Origin: Macrostomum hystrix
Taxonomy: Eukaryota; Animalia; Platyhelminthes
Assembly (NCBI GenBank): GCA_950097015.1
Contig: CATNEN010000003.1
Location: 11,966,001-12,030,000, forward strand
Direction of reading: 5' to 3'
Length of the DNA: 64,000 bases
Part shown: positions 36,601 through 48,600 of the stretch, piece by piece
How the letters are laid out: each line of letters begins with the position of its first letter
Position numbering within the stretch: position 1 is the stretch's first letter
Made by a program: the position numbers and the translations under genes
The notes under the pieces: model-generated
The model's input: only the letters and a program-made list of their open reading frames with translations
Database searches by the model: none
Told to the model about the DNA's origin: nothing

Positions 36601-39600
36601 ACTTTTATTTTGGGGCGCAGCCACTGAGAAGAGGCTTAGTGGCTTGTCGTTCAATTCAAGCCTTGAGGGCCAACCTTCAAAGCAAAGTGAGACTGCAGAC
36701 TGCCTGACGATAAGAAATTCAGGGCAGATATACACACCTGTGTAAGTGTGTGCTCGGGAGTCAGCGAAATGGGCAGAATTGCCTCCTCGCTGGCTGTAGG
36801 TCTAGTGTCGCCAAATGGTGTGCCATTGCCCACAGTCCCCTGCAATAAAAAACTTTTTTTTCTTACGATACATCGAGTATACCTGAATATACGTTGAACA
36901 TGCCAGTATGTACATGTAATGTGCAGTGAAGAGGCATGAATGCACTTCTCTCTCTCTATTCACCCCGTCAAGCGTGTTGGAGCTTCGACTTCGTCCAGAG
37001 ACATGCAATTCACCACTAGCATCAGCCACACGTCAATATCAGCTGGCCCGGCCTACTCGATGTACATCGATCTAAGCGTGCTCGGCATGACAGTGACCGG
37101 CACGCCGACGATCACGTACCGATACGGTGACGGGACAACGTTGACCCAGACTGGCAGCGTTTCCGGTTCGTCTGTGATTTATTCAGCAGCCGCCTCAGTC
37201 TCTCCATTGATAAGTAAGATTTTTTACCAAATAAACTTTACATATTAATTTTGCTTTGTTTGTTAATCTATCGAATATGTTATGGTTGAAACGCTGCAGA
37301 CACAACAACCGCCGTGATGGTTACGAATGCTCGAATAACTGATCTGAGCCAGTTTCCTGCAAGCTCGAATACTTACAGAAGAGCCACTGTGTCCTACTAC
37401 ACACACGATACGGTGAGTTTACCTTCGGTGCTTCTTTTTGGTCGGGTTTGAATTTGTCCTCTTACAATAAACACTGCGAAAATTGACACACAGAGCGTTG
37501 CCGGCCGTCAGATGTACAGTTCTACCTGCCTGAATTGCAACGATTGCATCACGCGAACAGACGAGACGAGTTCAGCCTCCATAACTGCCGGCATTGTTGT
37601 ACTATTATTCTTCATCGGCCTGTTGATTGGCGCTGTCGTTGCCTTGCTAATTCTAATCCTGTGGTTCTGCTGTCTGCAGTGCCGATACGATCCCGAAGCC
37701 GTTGCTCTAGTGCACAAAGACGATGTAAGTCATGCGATCAATTTAATATAAATAATTGCAGGAGGGCTGCGGGAAATCCCACAGCGTTTAGTGACACTAG
37801 ACCCGCAGCCAGCGAGGAGGAATTCTGTCCATTTCACTGACTCTTGAGCACACACGCACACAGATACCGTACTGAGGAACACAGGTGTGTACATCTGCCC
37901 TGAATTTCTCATCGTCAGGCAGTGTACACTCTCATTGTGCCTTAGAGGCTGGCCCTCAAGGGTGTAAATTGCACGACAAACTCCCAAGTCTTCTCTCCGC
38001 GGCTGCGCCCCAAATCTCCCAAAAAGAGAGGCAAACGCGTTGACCGCTCTGCCACCGACCCCTCTCCCTAAGTCATACGATGCCATTATCTGTCGAAATA
38101 AACTTAGAAGCTTAACTTCTGAAAATTTCACACTTCTAAAAGTTCACTTTCCTAAAAGTTCGCTTTCCTAAGAGTTCACTTTCCTAAAAGTTCACTTTCC
38201 TAAAAGTTCACTTTCCTAAAAGTTCACTTTCCTAAAAGTTCACTTTCCTAAAATTTCACTTTCCTAAAAGTTCACTTTCAGGTTACTTTCAAGTTTCAAG
38301 TCACTTTTAAGTTCAAGTGACAAAGCTTAACTTAATGGAACGGAGAAATCGTAAATTTGAAGAGGTCGAGCTCAAACTAACTTATTTAAAATGACGTTAA
38401 AAAACGCTTTATTCAATAATTTAAAACTATTTCAGGAGGAGGCCATCAGGGTGGCTGAAGAGAAGCTCGGCATGGGCAAACGAGAGGGCAAAGAAGAATT
38501 CAAATACGAGGACTTAAAGTGAGTGTTCCATTGTGCCTCCGTCAATACTTTAGATCTGCTAAACTACGAGCTACTCTTGAATTCGTTACAAATTTCAAGC
38601 CAAATCAAGAAGGACGACACCGTGATTGTTGCCATGGACAATGAGACTAACGTCCAGGTGATTCGCGAGTTAGACACTCTCGACGTTATCAACGCTCGCC
38701 ACATGGACCAGCAGCTGGAAGAGGAGTTCAATCAGTACCGCATCTTCGGCTGTCGCTGGCTGGTAAACACCATGATCAGTAGCGGAGCCCTGACAGACCA
38801 CAAGGGTCGCGAGCTAACTAGCAAATTCGACAAAGGTGTACAGGCCGACCTGGAGGCGCTTCGAGCTGAGGAGAAGAAGGAGCGCGACTCGCTGCTGGCT
38901 AAGCTGTCCAAGCTGAACAAGGCCGCCCTCATCCTCCTGCTGAATTTGCAGAGGAAGCAGCGCGAAGATCGAGTAGCCGAGTTCAAAGCCAAGGAGCCGA
39001 CAGCTAGCAAAGAACTTGTTGACGACTTTGCCTCCGTGCTAGATCAGCAGTTTGAAATCGAACGCCAGGATAAAGTACACCAACTGCGCCTGGACCAGGA
39101 GACACAGCTGGAACAGCAGCGAGAAAAGTTCGCAGCCAAGCGCAAAGACGCTGTTGTGCGACGAGCCGACGAGCTCAAGAACGACGTTGAGGAAGCTGCG
39201 GCCACTGACGAGCAGGCCAACTGGTACATAAAGGAGCACGAGCGAGTTCAGAAACGCATCGACGAGCTGCACTCCGAGGAGCTGGGACGGCAGAGGCTTA
39301 TTCTCGAGGAGAAGCTTCAACAGCGTCGATTGAGAGCCGAGGCTAGCGAGAATAAAACAGAAAACGACATCGAAATACTGAACAGCATGAGCCAGCAGCA
39401 GATCAGCATGGTGAAGAAGCTCAAGCGGAACTCGGAGATCACACCGGAGAAGATGGAAGACGCCCTGGCCCGCATCAAGGCCGACCTGAAGAAGTGCAAA
39501 GCAGTGTTCGACGAGGACAGAAAATCGCAGAGGAGGGCACTGATTGAGGAGCGCAACAAGCGCAAAGCTCAGGCCTTGAAGGAGCAGGACGAAAAGGCGC

Positions 39601-42600
39601 GTCAACGCTTTGAAGAGGCTCGCGATCAGGTTGAGCGTCAGGCCACGGCGGCACAGACAGACGCTGCGGCTGATGCCGTGTCGTGCATCGAACAGCTGAC
39701 CGATCTCAGAGCACGCCAGCGCGACAAACGTGACGAATTGGAAGGCCAAATCGACGAGGACGACATGCACGCTCTGGATGAGAAAATTGAGGAGGTTACG
39801 AGCAAGGCCAAGGCCGGAGTTGCAGAGGCCAAAGAGGCTCTAGTTAAGGATCTACTTAGCGCCGGTGAGTTGCTGCTTGCTCTTGAAGTAAATCGTAGCC
39901 TTGTGGAGGGGGTTGTAGCCTTGTGGAGCAGGTTGTAGCCGTGTGGAGCAGGTTGTAGCCTTGTGGAGGAGGTTGTAGCCTTGTGGAGGAAGTTGTAGCC
40001 TTCTGGTTAGAGCGTCGGACTTACGACTTGAAGGTCGGGGTTCGATTCCCGACTCTAGTGGAACAATTTTTGTCCTTCAGCAAGACACTTAACTCTGCAT
40101 TGCTTCAGTTCACCCAGCTGTTAAATGGGTACCAGCATTGGCGGGGTAATTGAGGGTGGGTGTAGCGTCCCCCCAGTCCATGGACTGAATAGCTAGCTGT
40201 ACACGCGCTACATATACGTTGAAATAGTTGCATAATCTAGAAAAAGCAAGAGCTAGTCTAGCCAAAAGAAGTGAAAATATTGCTCTTTTTCATCAATTTC
40301 TCCCTTATAGCTGCAGTATGCACTGCATGCTCATTGTTTCCATTGCGGCACTCCCTCAAAAAAGACAATGGCAGTCTCTCTTACCCTTCTACTCTGTTTC
40401 CCAGATTTTCAACAAAAAAGCTGCACTCACTCATTGAGCCTCATCAATTATTTCCTAGGCAACCAAACTAGATGAGGGTGGATGGGAAGGCACAGCAGGC
40501 ATCGGCCCAAATCAATACGAGTAAATTACACTTCACTTCATGCAGCTCAGTGAAGCTGGAGCGGGAAAGCTTAGACAGGCATAGGTAAATTCAGTTGGCG
40601 TTAGATGGACAATGATAGTGCATTAAGAGAAATCCAGGTTTCCCTCTAGCGCACGAATTAACCTATCATTTTGACTGCAGCTACAATTTTAATAGTACAA
40701 AAGTATTTTTACTTACCTATACAATTTTTACCTATACCTTACTTACCTATACTATACAGTCTTTACAATTTTATTTTTCTACTCCTGAATTTAGCTTCAA
40801 AGACTTCAATAATGCATAATACATTTTTTAGATTTTTTGCTTCTACTTTAGCTTTTTAAAGTATTATCTTAGGTTTAGGAACCAGTAAGATTAGCCTAGC
40901 AACTTATGAATCTATCATACCAACCATTCAAATTAGCATAGCAACCAGAAAGATTATCATAGCAACCAGTTAAAAAAGCAAAGCATAGCAACAAATTAAA
41001 GAAGCATAGCAACCAGAGGGATTAGCATGGAAACCAGAAAGATTACCATAGCAACCATTTAAATAGCATAGCTACCATAAAGATGTGCGAGCTACAAAAT
41101 TGTAACCATTCTCTCGAACCATTTCAAAATGTTTCAGAAGCCGACAAGCGTGAGATCGATAAGCTCCTGCGCCTCCACGACAAAGAGTTGGCCAAGCTGC
41201 AAGCTGAGCAGGAGCAGCAGAGGCATCAACAGCGGGAGAGCTTCAATGAGGCCCTGCGAAAGAGACGCGAGGCCCTGGAAAAGCGCCTGGCCGAAGATAA
41301 ACGCGAGAAGGAAGAGCAGCGCGAACAGGAGAAGACTGTTGTGCGCGAAATACTCAACCAGCAGTTGGCGATGTCCGAAGAGGAGCGCGAAAGAATCCTC
41401 AGGGAGCACGAGAGAAACATGTCCATGATGGACCAGAACCTCACCTCTAACCGGATTCGGCAGCAAAGACTGCTTGAGGAGGCCTACGCCAGAAGGAAGG
41501 CGGCCAGTTTGAAGTCGCTGGAAGTCAGGCAGGCAGCCGAGACCGCCAGCAAGGCTAGGAGGCTGCAGGGTGAGGATTTGGGAATTGTGGTATCTGGGAA
41601 GTATGGGATGTGGGAAGTGTGGGATGTGGGAAGAGTGGGATCTGGGAAGTATGGGATGTGAGATGTGTGGGATGTGGGAAGAGTGGGATCTGGGAAGTAT
41701 GGGATATGGGAAGTGTAAGATGTGGGAAGTATGGGATATGGGAAGTGTAAGATGTGGGAAGTATGGGATCTGGGAAGTATGGGATGTGGGAAGTATGGGA
41801 TCTGGGAAGTATGGGATGTGGGAAGTGTGGGATGTGGGAAGAGTGGTATCTGGGAAGTATGGGATATGGGAAGTGTAAGATGTGGGAAGCATGGGATATG
41901 GGAAGTGTAAGATGTGGGAAGTATGGGATCTGGGAAGTATGGGATGTGGGAAGTGTGGTATCTGGGAAGTATGGGATGTGGGAAGTGTGGGATGTGGGAA
42001 GAGTGCGATCTGGGAAGTATGGGATCTCGGAAGTATGGGATTGGGAAGTATGGGATCTGGGAAGTATGGGATCTGGGAAGTATGGGATCTGGGAAGTGTG
42101 GTATGTGGGAAATATTGGATCTGGGAAGTGTGGGATATAGGAAGTGTGGTATGTGGGAATGTGGGATGTGGGAAGTGTGGGAAGTGCGAATGTGGGAAGT
42201 GTGGGATGTGGGAAGTGTGGGATCTGGGAAGTGTGGGATTTGGGAAGTGTGGGATGTGGAAAGTATGGGATATGGGAAGTGTGGGATCTGGGAAGTGTGG
42301 GATTTGGGAAGTTTGGGATGAAGGAAGTGGGATTTGGGAAGTGTGGGATGAAGGAAGTGGGATTTGGGAAGTGTAGGGTTTGGGAAGTGTGGGATTTGGG
42401 AAGTGTGGGATGGGGAAAATGGTGGATATGGGAAGCATGGAGTGTAGGAAGTTTGAAATCTAAGAAATGTGGAATGTGGCAAGTGTTGAATCTGGGATTT
42501 GGAAATTATGGTAAACGTGAAGACCTGAATATGGGAAGTGTGAGATAGGGCATTTGAGGGTTATGCTACGTTTAGCCTGGAAATTGTGTGATATGGGATA

Positions 42601-45600
42601 AAGGGGCTTTAAGCCCGGTGATTTGACCGTCGGACTTCTGACTAAAAGGTCAGGAGTTCGAATGTCAGCCCACGAAGTGTGACAAAAACATTGGATTGAA
42701 CAAAACGCAGAATTCCCGCAAGTGTTCCAGCTCACCCAGCTGAAAGATGACTCCATTTATAATAAAAGCTGCTAACATCCTAACTTGTTGCTTCAGGCTC
42801 GCGCTACAGCGAAGACGAAGACGGTGACGGATCTGGCGACGGTGGCAAAGAGGCTGCTGAAGCACTGCACAAGCAGGCGCTCGCCCGTCTAGACGTGATG
42901 CGTGGCGAGGAGGTTTCACTTGAGGACGAGATGAAGGAGGTTCAGGCGCAGATGCTGGAGGAGAGAGCCCAGCAGCTCAAGGAGCAGGAGGAGCGTCTGG
43001 CTGCCATCATCGCTCAACTGCAGCTGGACAAGGCCAAGGAGGTTGGTGCCTGCTTGTCAAAATGCTGTTGAGTATTTATTAACAGTAGAAAGACCACATA
43101 TTTAAAAGTAATAGTTTAAGAGATACAGGAAAAATAAAAAACTGTTTTTAATCTTTATGAATAAATAAAAATTATTTTATCTTTGAAATGCGCACGCCAG
43201 AGAATGCACGCCACAAGCACAAGCCACAACCAACCCCAAATATGTGGGTATTTGAAACCCTCGTAGATTTTCTACTGTTAACCTGTAATAACTAAGGCCG
43301 AGGCTATTTTTAGTGAGCAGACAAAACTCTCAATCTTTACTGCCACGCTGAGCGCGCGTCCATATATTATTTGCTAGAACTGGGGTGGCGACACCCACCC
43401 CGCTCCGCAACCAATCAAACGACCCAGGTGTACACCTGGGCCTGGCTCACGTGCGTACGCACACTACATCTCTCCCCCTTCGAACAGAAACTGTGGGGAG
43501 ACAAAAAAAGAACGAATTCGAGAAGCAAGATGTCGAAAAGAACGAAAAAGAACTCGACCGAAAAAAAATATGCAGCTATTGGAGGAAATAAAACACTCGA
43601 ATTGATAGTCGCATCGGACTTGCAAAGAAAAGCGTGCATGTGATTGTTAATGTCAGTGGAAAAGTCAGTTCGTTTTCAGTCCTTGGTTTAGTCCTTGTAG
43701 ATCTTCACGCCACCCCGTGCAGCGCGGGGGTGCGGGCGCAGCGCCACCGGGGATTCGGCCGGGTTCCGCGCCGCCTCGCCTGGAGTTTCTGGCGCGGCAG
43801 CCTGCGGCCTGGCACCAGCGTCGTCTGATTCTGGGGTGACGACCTTGACCGCCGTGCAATGCCGCCAGCAGGCCGCGCCGTCACGACGCAGCATCAGCGA
43901 GTTGCCGGCCACCCGCTGGACTGTCCAGGCGCCGCTCTCGAATGGCGTTTGCGTCTTGCTGGCACCGACTCGCCGTCGCAGCACCGAATCGCCGACCTGG
44001 ATTTCGTGCCGCCGTGGCCGCCTCCTGGCGTCCGCTCGCTGCTTCATCGCGGCCTTGGCGCTCGCATCCATCTCTCGCAGCCGCTGCTCGTTGATGCGGA
44101 CGCGCTGGGATGGCCGGGCGGCGGGGATGACATCATTTGGTCGCCGGCCCATCAGCAGCTCGGCTGGCGCGCGGCCCGTGGCTGTGTGCGGCGTGTTCCT
44201 GTAGGCCAGCAGCCACTCGTCCAGAGCAGCCCTCCAGTCGCGCCGCTCCTCGATTGCCGCCCGCACGACCTTGTTGATTGAGCGGTTCAGCCGCTCTGTC
44301 ATGCCGTTGGCGGCTGGGTAGTAAGGCGTGATGAGGCGGTGCTTGATGCCGTAGCTTTCTAGGAAACGGCCAAACTCCTTGGATGAAAATGGCGGCCCGT
44401 TGTCAGTTACGAGCTCCTGCGGGATGCCAAATCGCGCGAACATTTCTCGCAGGCGCGGGACCAGTGCCTCGGCCGTCGTTGTCTGCATGAGCTGCACCTC
44501 TGGGAATCTCGAGTATCTGTCCACGCACACCAGCAGCATGTTGTTGTTGATCGGGCCCACAAAGTCAGCCCCAATCGACAACCAGGCGCCCTTAGGGATA
44601 GGCGTCGGCTGTAGAGGCGTAGCCCGGACGGCTGGCGTGTGAGACGTGATGGCACAGCTGCGGCACCGACTGACGAACTCCTCCGCTTGTGTTGCCATTC
44701 TCGGCCACCAGACCTTGCTGCTGAGCCTTGCGGTCGTCTTCTGCGAGCACTGGTGTCCTTGGTGCGCCAGCTCGAGCATCTGCTGCCGTAGAGCTGCTGG
44801 CACGACAATCCGCTGATGCCGAAGAAGAACTCCGTCTACCGCCGACAGCTCCTCTCGCAGCGCGTGGAGTGACCGCATCTCAGCGCTAGAGCGGTCCCAT
44901 TGGCCGCCTTGCATCGCTGCTATCGCTGCCCGGATAACTGGGTCGCTGGCTGAGCTCTTGCGGATGTCTTCGAGCGTGAGCGCCTTCGGGACAGCCGCCT
45001 GCGCTACCTCGTTTATGTAGGCCTCTCTCAGCTGCTCGCTGGTCCTACTTCCTTCAGCGTTTAGAGGCTGCCTGCTGAGTATGTCTGCAGCATTGGACGC
45101 TCCTGGCTGGTATTCGACCTTGAATACCAGGTGCTGGATACGCAGCGCCATACGCTCGACTCGTGGAGGCGGCCGTGACCCTGGCGCATACATGGCTGTC
45201 AGCGGCTTGTGGTCGGAGATCACCGTGAATTCGGGCGATCCATACAAGTAGTACTCAAACTTCAGGCAGCCGAACTTCACGGCGAGCGCCTCTTTTTCGG
45301 TCTGCGAATATCGCCGCTCTACGTCGGAGAGGGTCCGGCTCGCGTATGCGACTGGCCGCGAACTGCCGTCGTGCTGTACTTGCGCCAGGATTGCGCCGAG
45401 TCCGGTTGGTCCCGCGTCCACAATCAGCTGTGTCCGTAGCCGCTTGTCGTAGAATGCCAGCGTTGTCGGCTCCGCAATGCTGCGCTTTAGCTGCGCAAAG
45501 GCGCTGGCCTGGTCGGCGCCCCACTGCCAGTCGGTGCTCTTCCGGGTCAGGCGTCGCAGCGGCTCCGCCACCTTGGCCAGCTGTGGCGTGAATACTGCGA

Positions 45601-48600
45601 GATAATTCACGAGGCCCAAGAACGATCGAAGTTGGCTTATCGTCTCTGGCTCCTTGAATTCTTGAACGGCGGCGACCTTGCTTTCTGTGGCTTGGACTCC
45701 TTCGGCCGTCAGTCGCATTCCCATAAACTCAATGCTGCTGCGTGCCAACCTGCATTTAGCGTGATGCCGTGTTGCGCCAGGCGGGCCAGGCAGGCCTCGA
45801 GGCTGCTGTTGTGCTCCGCCATCGTGCGGCCGAACACGACCACGTCGTCGTGGATCCATTTTACGTTGGGCAGGCCTGCCAGCACTCTGCACATCACGCT
45901 CTGTAGGATCTCCTGTGAGGTGGACAGGCCCATGCACAGCCGAGTGAGACGACGAAGTCCTCGGGGTGTCGAGAATGTCAGCAGATTGCGGCATTCTTCT
46001 GCTACAGGCACCTGGTAGAACGCCTTCGCGATGTCCAGTTCCGAGAAGACGGTGCTGCCGGCCATGTCTCCCGTCACCTCTTCAAAAGTCGGAATCTGGT
46101 GACGCTCGCGGATGACATAGCGATTGACATCGCGGAGGTCCTGTGTGATCCGCACTTCGCCTGGCTCCTTCTTGGGCACAACGACCATCCGCGCGACCCA
46201 CGGAACTGGTCCGTCGACGGGCTCGATGATTCCGAGCTGCTCCAGTAGCTGCAGCTCCTTGTCCACTGCCTCGGCCAGGTGAATCGGTACCTTAGACGGT
46301 GCGTGACAAACCGGTCGGGCGTTGTCGGTCAGGTGGATGCTGACTGGCGGCCCGGTGAAGCAGCCGATGCCGCTGAGCACGCTGGAGTACTTGCGCAGTA
46401 TCCTGCCAAGGGCATCTTGGGGCATTCCACTGGATCTCGTGTTGCCGAGGAGGCTGTCGACAGCCGCCTCCGCTTCCGCGACCTGCAGCACCTGATGATC
46501 GACCGTCGGTGGTGGTCCGATCCGCAGGATTTCCATTTGAGTGGCCGTCTGCCTGCCGATGATGGTGATGCCTCTGCCTTCGACAACGTGAAATGTGGCG
46601 ACCGCCCGTCGGCCGAATAAGCGGATGGACATCGCCGCCTTGCCGATGAGTTGCATCGGCCGGTCCGAGCCGTACGCGAACAACCTGTCAGAGGCTGCTT
46701 GCAGACGCGGCCGCTGTTTAAGGCTCTCAAACGTTGCGCGGTTGATCACATTGCGAGCCGCCCCGCTGTCGATCAGCACTGACAGTCTGGTGCCGTTGAT
46801 CTCAGCTACTGTGTGGGCGGATTGCTCCTCCTGGTCGACCTTGAATATGCCGGTGTCCGGGTCGTCCACCCTCTCGTAGCTGGTCTCACCTTGCAGCATC
46901 GCGACAGCATTCGAATTGCTTTGGGGCGCCTCCTGCCTGGACCTGCAAGCTCGGGCGAAGTGGCCTGGCTTTCCGCACTTTCTGCAGCTCTTGCCTTGCG
47001 CCGCGGCGCACGTGGAGTGCCCTGGCCTGCCGCACCGATTGCAGCGCACCTGCGGCCCTGGTGGCTGCTCGGCTCTCCGGATGGCTGCGAGTTGCTGCTG
47101 CGGCTCACCTGGCCTGCCGTTCTCCATCGCGCTGGCCTGCTGCTCCGCCGCTTCTTTGGCTCTCGCCTTCCTCAGCACATCTGTCAGGGTGATATCTTTG
47201 CTCTGTAGGAAGTCTCTCCTCAGCCTCTCGGAGTCACAGTAGGCGACGATTTTGTCTCGGATCAGCGAGTCCTTGATCGCTCCAAACTCGCACGGCTCCG
47301 CCGCCTTGCGCAGGCGCTGGTACCACTGGTCGATTGTCTCGCCTTGCTGTTGTCTGCAGGTCTCGAACTTGAAGCGGAGGAACACGATGCTGTTCTTGCC
47401 GTCCCAGAATTCCTGGATATTCTTTGCGAGGCTGCTGTAGTCTTCCCCAGCGTCAATTTCATTCTCTTCGACGATGGTCTGCAGCTCCTCTCCCGCGGCG
47501 TACAACAGCAGGTGCTGCCCTCGCTTTGCGTCATGGATCCCAGCTGCGTTAATGTATGTGGCGAACCGGCGAGCCCATGCAGTCCAGCGCTGTGCAGTTG
47601 AGTGGCAATCGCTATCGATAACAAACTGGCCGGGAGGCGCGAGAGAAATTTGCTCAGTCATGGTGCACTAGGGGTTCGGTGCTTGCGATGCCATTGTAAT
47701 AACTAAGGCCGAGGCTATTTTTAGTGAGCAGACAAAACTCTCAATCTTTACTGCCACGCTGAGCGCGCGTCCATATATTATTTGCTAGAACTGGGGTGGC
47801 GACACCCACCCCGCTCCGCAACCAATCAAACGACCCAGGTGTACACCTGGGCCTGGCTCACGTGCGTACGCACACTACATAACCGATATCTAATTTTCCA
47901 ATTTACCCCCTTGCAGATGGCTAAAATTGAAGAGCAACAACAGGCGATTGCACAGCTGAAGCTCAGCCTGCTGGACGATCTCACTGATCGGCACATTCTT
48001 AGCGATGACCGGTGCAAACAGATTCTGCAGGATCACGAGGAACAGTTGGAAGTGCTGCTAACTAAAAAGGAGAAGGAGAGGGAGCGCCAGCAAAGGGTTA
48101 GCTGACTTTATATGCACATGATATTATCTTTCGGGGGTTTATTGAAAATGTACATTTCACTAGCCGCAACCAACCCCAAATATAATATCTTTAGAATGCG
48201 CACGCAAGAGAATGTACATTCCTCGAGCCGCAACCAACCCCAAATATAATATCTTTAGAATGCGCACGCAAGAGAATGTACATTCCTCGAGCCACAACCA
48301 ACCCCAAATATCTTATCTTTAAAATCTCGCAGTATGCTGTTTTTAGAATCAAAGTTGAATGAACGAAGGGGTGAGAAAGTATTGCTTAAGGAGCCTTAAG
48401 GGTCCTTCCAGCTCCAACCCCTCAGTAGGCTATTTTTAGAATAAAGCTAGGACGAGTGGGAAAGAAAAGATGTACATTTAACCTTTTAAAGAGGTTCACA
48501 AGTACTTTCATAAAGTTTGGTTCAGTGTGTTGTATGAATGGCGACACAATCATAAACAAAAAATATATTGAAAAAACTTTAGAAAATGCAAGAAGCAATG

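Larger units (their letters stand above)
43284..47879 (-). mobile_element. Full-length Ty3/gypsy LTR retrotransposon (probably Mag-clade-like), antisense in an EVC2 intron
   Basis: Two identical 185-bp TG...CA LTRs; TSD TAACC (43279-43283, 47880-47884); PBS TGGCATCGC next to the 5' LTR; PPT aagggggagaga next to the 3' LTR; order gag-PR-RT-RH-IN. Confidence 0.97.

Noticed and set aside
41134-42548. His/Pro-rich and Gly/Trp-rich ORFs
   Set aside because: Translations of the G-rich minisatellite and the antisense of an EVC2 exon.
45709-45994. Programmed ribosomal frameshift in the retrotransposon
   Set aside because: The shift lies in mid-RT with conserved residues missing and no slippery heptamer; a deletion explains it better.
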